Shown: positions 41,754 through 48,101 of the stretch, in pieces
How positions within the stretch are numbered: the first letter of the stretch is position 1
Layout: every line of letters starts with the position of its first letter
DNA from: a virus
Strand: one strand, 5' to 3'
IMG/VR virus record: IMGVR_UViG_3300042461_000028
Location: 1 to 48,101 of that record
DNA: 48,101 nt
The notes under the pieces: model-generated
Seen by the model: only the letters and a program-made list of their open reading frames with translations
The model's database searches: none
Told to the model about the DNA's origin: nothing
Program-made: the position numbers and the translations under genes

Positions 41754-42548
41754 ATGCACACCTCGATTCCTGATGTACAGGCCCTCAAAAAGCCCGCGAC
41801 ACATTTTCACGATTCTCAAAACGTGTCGCGTACCGCCATGTCATCGCAAGAGATTGCGGAGTTAGTTGGCTCCCGACACGACAAGGTCAAGCAATCCATT
41901 GATCGACTGGCGGACCGCGGCGCAATTCAACTCCCCCCATTGGGGGAAGTTAAAAACCATCTTGGGCAGAGTGTCACTGTGTACCAAGTATGCAAGCGAG
42001 ACAGCTTTGTGGTGGTGGCCCAGCTCAGCCCTGAATTCACCGCTGCCCTTGTAGACCGCTGGCAGGAACTCGAAGCCAGAACCGCTCAAGCTGTTTCCAT
42101 GCCGTCTTACGTCGAAGCCCTGCGCCTGTATGCCGACCAGATCGAGCAGACGGCGGTGCTGCGCGTCGAGAATCACCAGCAGGCCACCAAGATCCATTCC
42201 CTGGAGAACCTGTTCAAGGAAGGGATGACCCACACCCAGTTCTGCAAGGGACTCAATGGGGTCAACGTCATGCAGGTGGGCAAGTACCTGGAAACCCGGA
42301 ACTGGCTCTACAACGAGAGCAAGACCGGCCTGCGCATGCGTGTGGCGTCCTATGCCCGCGACAAGTACATGACCGAGCACCAGCACGAAGTCACCCCCCA
42401 CGGCAAAGAGCCTTTCGTTTCCTTCACGCCCGTCCTCCTGAAGAAAGGCGCTGTACGCCTGTACGACCTGTACCTGGCCGGCGAGCTTCCGATGAAGAAG
42501 ACCTGGGACGGCCTGTTCACCCACGACAAAGCACTGAGGGCCGCGTAA
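41754..42548 (+). CDS. Rha-family regulatory protein with C-terminal ANT/KilAC-like domain
   Basis: ATG 41754 (GGAG 7 nt upstream). …MSSQEIAELVGSRHDKVKQSIDRL… is the pRha motif. The C-terminal half resembles antirepressor (ANT) domains. Confidence 0.7.
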   Translation: MHTSIPDVQALKKPATHFHDSQNVSRTAMSSQEIAELVGSRHDKVKQSIDRLADRGAIQLPPLGEVKNHLGQSVTVYQVCKRDSFVVVAQLSPEFTAALVDRWQELEARTAQAVSMPSYVEALRLYADQIEQTAVLRVENHQQATKIHSLENLFKEGMTHTQFCKGLNGVNVMQVGKYLETRNWLYNESKTGLRMRVASYARDKYMTEHQHEVTPHGKEPFVSFTPVLLKKGAVRLYDLYLAGELPMKKTWDGLFTHDKALRAA

Positions 42549-43039
42549 TGGCCGCCTGGTTGAAGTTGAACGCAGATCTTCTGCACAAGACGGACTTTGC
42601 CGTCCTTTGCTCAAAACTAGATCTCAGCGAAGGCGAGGCGCTGATCGCTCTTTTCAAAACGGCTGCGTGGTTTGAAACCCACGGCCACTACGGAAAGGTG
42701 CCCGGTACGGTTGGGATGATTGATCAAGTGACCCGCGTGAACGGCCTTGGCGCAAAGCTCGTTGAGGCTGGATGGCTGGAAACGCTCAATGGATCGCTGG
42801 TTTTGAGGGGGTTCAGCGCACCGTGCGCCACTCGGAAGAGTCTCGGCGCCAAGGTCAGGGCCGAGGTTCTATCCGCTGGAGAGTGCGCGGCGTGTGGGTC
42901 CCCCGATGAGCTGGTAATCGACCACATCATTCCTGTTGCGCGAGGTGGCTCATGCGAACAATCGAATCTTCAAGCTCTGTGCGCACCGTGCAACAGGCAG
43001 AAGGGCAAGAAACTCCCGGAAGAATGGAGGATGAACTGA
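42548..43039 (+). CDS. HNH endonuclease-domain protein
   Basis: 163 aa. C-terminal CAACGS…IDHIIPVARGG…NLQALCAPCNRQKG (HNH). Confidence 0.75.
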   Translation: MAAWLKLNADLLHKTDFAVLCSKLDLSEGEALIALFKTAAWFETHGHYGKVPGTVGMIDQVTRVNGLGAKLVEAGWLETLNGSLVLRGFSAPCATRKSLGAKVRAEVLSAGECAACGSPDELVIDHIIPVARGGSCEQSNLQALCAPCNRQKGKKLPEEWRMN

Positions 43040-43758
43040 TGGCTAATCCATGGTTCCGGCTCTACTCAGAGTTTGCCACTGACCCAAAAGTCCAGATGAT
43101 GTCGGAAGCTTATCAGCGCCGATATCTGATGCTGCTTTGCATCAAATGCAGTAACGGCGATGAAACGTTACAGGATGATCAAGTAGCGTTTCAGTTGCGA
43201 ATCTCTGAAGACGAATGGGCGTCCACAAAGGCTGCATTCATCGAAAAAAATCTCATCAATGACGATGCAGTTCCGCTCGCGTGGAACAAGCGCCAATACG
43301 TCTCCGACTCAAGCACGCCAAGGGTTGCAGCCTATCGCGAGAAGAAGAAACGGGAGCGTAACGTTTCAGTAACGCCACCAGATACAGAAACAGAATCAGA
43401 TACAGAACATAAAAAGCAAGGCGCTGACGCGCCGGCGAAGTCTGGAAAGTTCGATCCCCTGACTGCCAAGCCTGCCAACGTGTCCGACAAGGCCTGGGCC
43501 GACTGGTGCCAGCACCGCAAGGAGATTCGCAAGCCACTGACCGCCAAGAGCTGCGAGCAACAGGCCAAGGCGCTGGAGGGCCACGCCACACCGGACCAGG
43601 TGCTCGCTACCTCGATCGCCAACGGTTGGACCGGGATATTCCCGGAGAAATCCAAGGGCAACGTCCATCAGTTTCCCGCATCCCGTCACACCGGGTTCGA
43701 GAACCGCGACTACACGGCGGGCCTGACTGCTCGCGGGGATGGCACCTATGACTTCTAG
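43039..43758 (+). CDS. replication organiser / initiator (lambda O position; DUF1376/YdaU-like N-terminus)
   Basis: ATG 43039 overlapping the HNH stop. MANPWFRLYSEFATDPKVQMMSEAYQRRYLMLLC. Precedes the helicase-loader gene. Confidence 0.6.
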   Translation: MANPWFRLYSEFATDPKVQMMSEAYQRRYLMLLCIKCSNGDETLQDDQVAFQLRISEDEWASTKAAFIEKNLINDDAVPLAWNKRQYVSDSSTPRVAAYREKKKRERNVSVTPPDTETESDTEHKKQGADAPAKSGKFDPLTAKPANVSDKAWADWCQHRKEIRKPLTAKSCEQQAKALEGHATPDQVLATSIANGWTGIFPEKSKGNVHQFPASRHTGFENRDYTAGLTARGDGTYDF

Positions 43759-44566
43759 CCCGAAGCAGATCGACCTGAGCATCAATGAAATCGAGAAGCG
43801 CTTTGGCGTGATCGGCAAGCAGCCGGCCATGTGCTCGCTGCACGGCGAATACGCATCGGTGATCCGCAAGAACGCGGACAGGGCGTCCGGTTGCCCCGAT
43901 TGCGCCGCCAAAGCGCAGCAGGAACGCGACGAGGAGGAACAGCGGGCAACGTATGCCAGGATCGTCGAGCAACGCCTGGAGCGAAAGCTGGGGGCCTCCC
44001 TGATCCCCAAACGGTTCATGGGGAAGAACTTCGCGGACTTCCGCGCCGAGACAGCATGCCAGAAAGCCAACCTTGCCAAGTGTGTGGAGTACGCGGAGAC
44101 GTTCCCGCAGCACCTGGAGGAGGGCCGGTGCATCGTCATGACCGGCACACCCGGCACCGGGAAGACCCACCTGGCCGCCGCAATCGCGGGCTACGTGATC
44201 GTCAACCACAACGCCACCGCCGTGTATCGCACCGTCGGCGGCCTGCTCCAGTTCATCAAGGGCAGCTACGGCGACCGCGCCGAGTACACCGAGTCGGAAG
44301 CGTTCGCCAGCCTGGTCGAGCCGTCGCTGCTGATCATCGACGAGGTTGGGGCCACCAAGCCTTCCGAGTTCGAGCTGGCGACCCTGTTCGCCGTGATCAA
44401 TGGCCGGTACGAGGCTCAACTGCCGACCATCGTCATTTCCAACATCGATGCCAAGGAGCTTGGCGCGGTGCTGGGCGACCGCAGCGTCGACCGTTTGCGG
44501 GAAGGTCGCGGCATTGGCCTGGTATTCGAAGGTGCCTCAGAGCGCGGCAACCGGAGGGCTTCCTGA
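43739..44566 (+). CDS. DnaC/IstB-like AAA+ helicase loader
   Basis: 275 aa. Walker A GTPGTGKTHLA, Walker B LLIIDEVG. ATG 43748 is an alternative start. Confidence 0.85.
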   Translation: MAPMTSSPKQIDLSINEIEKRFGVIGKQPAMCSLHGEYASVIRKNADRASGCPDCAAKAQQERDEEEQRATYARIVEQRLERKLGASLIPKRFMGKNFADFRAETACQKANLAKCVEYAETFPQHLEEGRCIVMTGTPGTGKTHLAAAIAGYVIVNHNATAVYRTVGGLLQFIKGSYGDRAEYTESEAFASLVEPSLLIIDEVGATKPSEFELATLFAVINGRYEAQLPTIVISNIDAKELGAVLGDRSVDRLREGRGIGLVFEGASERGNRRAS

Positions 44567-44664
44567 TGACCACCCAAACCCACATCACATTCGCCCTGAC
44601 CCTGGTAGCTCTTTCCATTGGCGTGTTTTGGGCGCTGGCAATCCTGGAGGTGATCCGTGGCTGA
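44566..44664 (+). CDS. 32-aa hydrophobic mini-protein
   Basis: MTTQTHITFALTLVALSIGVFWALAILEVIRG. GGAGGG upstream. Start overlaps the loader stop (TGATG) and the end overlaps the next GTG start. Confidence 0.35.
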   Translation: MTTQTHITFALTLVALSIGVFWALAILEVIRG

Positions 44665-45289
44665 TTACACCGAACTGAAGCGGCTGGCCGAGGCTGCTCA
44701 AGAAGATCCAAATTCGCCATACCTGCCGTGCCCGGTTGCATTCATGAACGCCGCTACTCCGGGCGTGGTGTTGTCCCTGATCGCCGAGAACGAGGAGCTT
44801 GGGCGCTACCTCTGCACCTGCCGGGACTGTGGCGGGGAAGGATCTCTGCACACTGGCGACTGGCATTCCTACAGCCACATGGAGCCGCCAGAGCCGGTTA
44901 TGGAGAAGTGCGGGGAGTGTGACGGCACCGGCTTGCTCGGGGAAATCCAGGACCTGTACCAGGTGATAACAGAGCGCGACCAGCTCAAGGCCGAAAGCGC
45001 CGGCCTCCAGACCGGCTACAAAGCCTATGAGCAGGTGAATGCTGAGCTGAGGGCTGAGGTGGAACGGCTGAATAATGCCTTGTCAGTCACTGACGCGGCA
45101 GCTCAGAAATGGCTAGAGGAGCGTGCAGCCCTGCAATCCGCGGCGGCTGAAGCCCGGGAGTTGTTTTGTTCTATTTTGGACAACCCAAGATTAGTGCTCG
45201 GAATGCCGTCAGCTCTGTTGGTTGGGGTAAAGGACTTCATCTTCAGCCAACCCGCGCGCGCCGCCATGGGCCAGGGAGAGCAGCCATGA
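44657..45289 (+). CDS. hypothetical protein with CxxCxGxG zinc-finger repeats and coiled coil (Ea22-like)
   Basis: 210 aa; CRDCGGEG and CGECDGTG; a helical region follows. Confidence 0.6.
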   Translation: MADYTELKRLAEAAQEDPNSPYLPCPVAFMNAATPGVVLSLIAENEELGRYLCTCRDCGGEGSLHTGDWHSYSHMEPPEPVMEKCGECDGTGLLGEIQDLYQVITERDQLKAESAGLQTGYKAYEQVNAELRAEVERLNNALSVTDAAAQKWLEERAALQSAAAEARELFCSILDNPRLVLGMPSALLVGVKDFIFSQPARAAMGQGEQP

Positions 45290-45702
45290 CCGAGATCGTG
45301 ATGCGCAGCCGCGACGACACCAGCCGGCTACGCGGTGTGCTCGACGGCACAGACTTCACCAAGCCCAAGAAAATCATCATCAAGGATCTGGACCGCAGCG
45401 GTGAGCAGAACAAGAAGCTCCACGCCTCGCTGACCGACATCGCCAACCAGGTGGAGCACGCCGGCCGCAAGTGGGACGTGCTCATCTGGAAGCGTCTGCT
45501 CACTGCTGCATGGCTGCGAGAGGCCGGCGACCAGCCTCAGATGATTCCTGCGGTCGATGGTCACGGCTTCGACGTGATCTACGAGCGGACCTCGAAGCTG
45601 ACCGTGAAGCAGTGCGCAAGCCTGCTGGAGTGGGTCGCAGCATTTGGTGCCGAGCACGATGTTCGCTGGACGCAGAAGGATTTGTGGGAAGGAAGGTATT
45701 GA
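45286..45702 (+). CDS. ninB: NinB/Orf-family recombination protein
   Basis: ATG 45286 (ATGA overlap; GGGAGAG upstream). …KKLHASLTDIANQVEHAGRKWDVLIWKRLLTAAW… resembles NinB. Confidence 0.7.
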   Translation: MTEIVMRSRDDTSRLRGVLDGTDFTKPKKIIIKDLDRSGEQNKKLHASLTDIANQVEHAGRKWDVLIWKRLLTAAWLREAGDQPQMIPAVDGHGFDVIYERTSKLTVKQCASLLEWVAAFGAEHDVRWTQKDLWEGRY

Positions 45703-45704
45703 GC

Positions 45705-46382
45705 ATGGGAAACCTGAAGAGAACCAGCATTCACGGCTGCGACAACGTCCGAGACTCTTCTGGCGAATGGGTCAAGTCGTGGATGGTAAAGACTGATGAT
45801 TCGCATGAGTGTCGTTATACGCGGCTGGGGAACCTCTGGAATGCGATGGTTGAGCGATGCAATCCGAATAGCTTCGTCGGTCGTGCAGCCCCGTCTTATA
45901 GCGATGTGTCCAATGGGTTTGGGTCATTCAAGACTTTCTCTGATTGGGCTGTCATGCAGCCCGGATTTGATGTCATTGAAGATTCGGGAAAGAGATATGC
46001 CCTGGACAAGGATCTGTTGATTGCCGGGAACCGGGTTTACTCCGGCGACGCATGCTGCTTCGTGCCTCAACGAATAAACAATCTGTTCATCTTGCCTCGC
46101 GCTCCGAAGGAGTTTCCCTTGGGCGTTAGCTGGGAGGCTGATCGAAAAGTATACGGGGCGAGCATCAGCATCGATGGCAGAAATAAGCGGCTCGGAAGAT
46201 TTCAGAGCCCTGATCTTGCCCATTGCGCCTGGCAAAAGGCGAAAGCTGCAGAAATTGAACGCCTCATGGATTGGTATCAGCAAGCCCCTGGCTTTAGCGA
46301 CCGCGTACTTCTCGCAATGGGATCTCGAGCTGAAAAGCTCTATGCCGACATCCATTTGTCCGTACAGACGGTGGTGCTATGA
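45705..46382 (+). CDS. AP2-like DNA-binding domain protein (225 aa)
   Basis: ATG 45705. PLGVSWEADRKVYGASISIDGRNKRLGRFQSPDLAHCAWQKA resembles AP2/integrase-type DNA-binding domains of phage homing-endonuclease relatives. Lower GC. Confidence 0.5.
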   Translation: MGNLKRTSIHGCDNVRDSSGEWVKSWMVKTDDSHECRYTRLGNLWNAMVERCNPNSFVGRAAPSYSDVSNGFGSFKTFSDWAVMQPGFDVIEDSGKRYALDKDLLIAGNRVYSGDACCFVPQRINNLFILPRAPKEFPLGVSWEADRKVYGASISIDGRNKRLGRFQSPDLAHCAWQKAKAAEIERLMDWYQQAPGFSDRVLLAMGSRAEKLYADIHLSVQTVVL

Positions 46383-46969
46383 GCCTTTCCACCAAACAAC
46401 CCCGCGCCAAGAAATGCCGTGTCGCTGAGTGCAGGGCCTCTTTCGTGCCCCAGCGCCTGGGCCAGGCCGTATGCAGCCCAGCGTGCGCAATTGCCGATGC
46501 TGCCACCAACCAGGTGAATCAGCAGAAGGCCAAGAAGTCCCTGGCCCAGGTCGAGCGCCGGGAGATCAAGGTTCGCAAGGAGAAGATCAAGTCACGCGCC
46601 CAGCACATGAAAGATGCTCAGACCGCTTTCAATGCCTGGATCCGCGAGAGGGATATCGGCCTACCTTGCGTAAGCTGCGGCAGGCATCACAACGGCCAAT
46701 GGCATGCAGGGCATTACCGGACCGTCGGTGGCAATCCGGAACTCAGGTTCGAGCCGCTCAACGCTTGGCGCCAGTGTGCCCCGTGCAACAACCACAAATC
46801 CGGCGACATCGTGAACTACCGCATCGAGCTGGTGAGGCGCATCGGCGCCGAGGCGGTCGAGTGGCTGGAAGGCCCGCATGAAGCGAAGAAATACACCGTG
46901 GAAGAACTGAAGGCGATGACCGCCGACTACCGGGCAAAAACAAGAGAGCTGAAGGGGAGAGCGGCATGA
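46379..46969 (+). CDS. ninG: NinG/Rap-family protein
   Basis: 196 aa. N-terminal Cys cluster (CRVAECRASF…CSPAC) and C-terminal …CVSCGRHHNGQWHAGHYRTVGGNPELRFEPLNAWRQCAPCNNHKSG… typical of NinG. Confidence 0.8.
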   Translation: MSLSTKQPRAKKCRVAECRASFVPQRLGQAVCSPACAIADAATNQVNQQKAKKSLAQVERREIKVRKEKIKSRAQHMKDAQTAFNAWIRERDIGLPCVSCGRHHNGQWHAGHYRTVGGNPELRFEPLNAWRQCAPCNNHKSGDIVNYRIELVRRIGAEAVEWLEGPHEAKKYTVEELKAMTADYRAKTRELKGRAA

Positions 46970-47511
46970 CTTATCGCAACGTGGTATCCGCAGTAGTTCG
47001 GGCCCTGGCCGCCGAAACCATCAACTCTGCCGGCGGCTGCGACTTCGAGCCCAAGGTGCAGTGCGCCAAGCAGAAAGGGGAGATCGTCGGCAAGGAGGCT
47101 GCGTTCCTGACTGACTGCTGGGTATTCGGCCGACTGCACAAGTCGCTGTCTGCTGCGCATTGGCGGGCGCTGGTAGCGAAGTTCTCCACCCACACCGAGC
47201 GAAAGCACACGGCCATTGCCGAGCTGACGAAGGTCATGCGGTCCCCGGCGCCCGAGCGGTTCCTGCACTGCGCGATCGTCACATGGGCATTGCCGAAACT
47301 GCCAGGCGTAGATGGAAAGCGCTCGACCAACGTCCTGCCGGCCGGGTGGTACGAAATGGACAACTGGTCGAACGAGCCGCACCCGATCAAGACCCAGGAG
47401 CGGTGGCGGCGGGACATTCGCAAGGCGCTGGAACGCGAGGTGGATGAGGCTTTGATGGCCGCACAGACACTTCTGGATGATGAGGGGCTTATCGAGACAA
47501 AAGCCGCTTGA
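46966..47511 (+). CDS. putative late-gene antiterminator (Q position)
   Basis: 181 aa, last gene of the rightward operon after ninG. Immediately followed by a promoter-like sequence and a strong terminator. Family not verified. Confidence 0.4.
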   Translation: MTYRNVVSAVVRALAAETINSAGGCDFEPKVQCAKQKGEIVGKEAAFLTDCWVFGRLHKSLSAAHWRALVAKFSTHTERKHTAIAELTKVMRSPAPERFLHCAIVTWALPKLPGVDGKRSTNVLPAGWYEMDNWSNEPHPIKTQERWRRDIRKALEREVDEALMAAQTLLDDEGLIETKAA

Positions 47512-47537
47512 CGGCGACTGAACCAATGAGCCATTAT
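47508..47537 (+). promoter_or_regulatory. candidate late promoter (PR'-like)
   Basis: TTGACG (47508-13), 18-nt spacer, CATTAT (47532-37). Lies ~45 nt upstream of the terminator. Confidence 0.4.
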
Positions 47538-47582
47538 CCACCCATCCTGTCATTCCTGCGTGTATCGGGGATTGGGTATTAA

Positions 47583-47610
47583 GCCCGGCCACTGTGCCGG
47601 GTTTTTTATT
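47583..47610 (+). terminator. rho-independent terminator (tR'-like)
   Basis: cccggc cactgt gccggg followed by ttttttatt. Confidence 0.75.
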
Positions 47611-47820
47611 GCCCACGATTTACCGCTGCCAGGGCGGCCTCACGGATAACCTGGACGCCGATTAGCCGGACAGTACGGCGTACGGAAATAACACCGGCAG
47701 CCCGCGCACCTTGACCTCACATGCTTTCCGGGTGGCGCGAGACTTGAGCGGCGAGATCGATGCAATAGGGCGTCGACGTCGCGAACGCCTTCGGCTGGCA
47801 GCGTGGGAAGACACGCAATT

Positions 47821-47890
47821 GCGGGTAGCGCAGGTCGCTAGACAGCCTTCCAAGCTTTCGATCAGGGTTCGATTCCCTGTATCCGCTCCA
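47821..47890 (+). tRNA. tRNA-Gly(UCC)-like, atypically short D-arm, encoded CCA
   Basis: Acceptor GCGGGTA/TATCCGC (one G-U). Anticodon loop CTTCCAA. T-arm CAGGG-TTCGATT-CCCTG. Discriminator T + CCA. Only 14 nt between acceptor and anticodon stems. Confidence 0.6.
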
Positions 47891-47894
47891 AATC

Positions 47895-47970
47895 TGTCCC
47901 GAAGCATTGAAGGTTGGTGCGCCCGACTCATAACCGGTGGAAGAGGGTTCAAGCCCCTGCGGGACGACCA
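47895..47970 (+). tRNA. tRNA with CAU anticodon (Met or Ile2-type), several mismatched pairs, encoded CCA
   Basis: Acceptor TGTCCCG/CGGGACG. D-stem GCAT/GTGC with a GG loop. Anticodon loop CTCATAA on a 3-bp core stem. T-loop TTCAAGC. ACCA end. Confidence 0.6.
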
Positions 47971-47974
47971 GGCA

Positions 47975-48101
47975 TGGGGCCTCAAGCCTCTGCGGCGTAG
48001 ATCTGAGATCCTTTCAGGGAGCCAAAACAACTTGAGCAACCGAGGGGAAGCGACTCGGTGCCTTTTCAGGGCCTCGACATGATCGGGGCCTTTCTGTTTT
48101 C
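47975..48101. repeat. terminal direct repeat, copy 2 (= 1..127)
   Basis: Exact 127-nt identity with the window start. Confidence 0.95.

Noticed and set aside
47971-48000. Degenerate copy of the CAU-tRNA 3' end (ggcctCAAGCCtCTGCGGcgtaga versus gggttCAAGCCcCTGCGGgacga)
   Set aside because: Only about 14 of 18 positions match. There is no T-loop TTC, no acceptor partner and no CCA. It could be a duplication relic or chance, and cannot be supported as a feature.
47662-48082. ORFs 47662..48039 (-) and 47711..48082 (+)
   Set aside because: They run straight through the two tRNA cloverleaves and the terminal overlap. Their products are Arg-rich with no start context.

Overview
The window is a complete, self-closing phage genome. 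The first 127 nt are identical to the last 127 nt, so the unique unit is 47,974 bp. It is a temperate, lambdoid-regulated, contractile-tailed phage of a high-GC gammaproteobacterial host (Pseudomonas-like; host is inference), captured in the excised attP form.

Layout:
- 243-1001: a lysis-like membrane gene trio.
- 1057-22197 (+): late structural operon. It holds terS/terL, portal, Mu-F-like protein, scaffold, decoration protein, major capsid, connectors, sheath, tube, a G/GT chaperone with a -1 slip site, tape measure, baseplate, a collar-domain fibre with its assembly chaperone, and a beta-helix tailspike.
- 22219-22566 (-): a terminator-bracketed moron.
- 22706-23756: SleB-type endolysin plus Rz/Rz1.
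- 23758-24861 (-): an operon with a LexA box (coiled-coil protein + SRAP/YedK-like protein).
- 25071-25221: attP with a tRNA-Val(GAC) 3' fragment, a terminator and three 11-bp arm-type-like repeats, followed by int and xis.
- 26644-38155 (-): long leftward early operon, mostly unknowns. It includes a split SPPY methyltransferase, a 19-bp tandem repeat, Gp157-like and Rad52-like annealase genes, a 395-aa unknown and DUF551 paralogues.
- 38782-38826: PL/OL.
- 38921-40056: a low-GC accessory island between PL and the repressor.
- 40074-40865: HTH + S24 repressor, then OR/PR.
- Rightward operon: cro, two RHH-like proteins, tR1, Rha-like, HNH, replication organiser, DnaC-like loader, ninB, AP2-like, ninG, Q-like.
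- 47508-47970: late promoter and terminator, then two atypical tRNAs.

Best candidates for something new:
- The repressor-linked two-gene cassette at 39300-40056, in the lambda rexAB position.
- The LexA-boxed operon next to attP.
- The 395-aa early protein sitting where a recombination exonuclease would be expected.

All family names come from motif recognition by eye. No searches or folding programs were run, and start codons were chosen from SD spacing and third-position GC.
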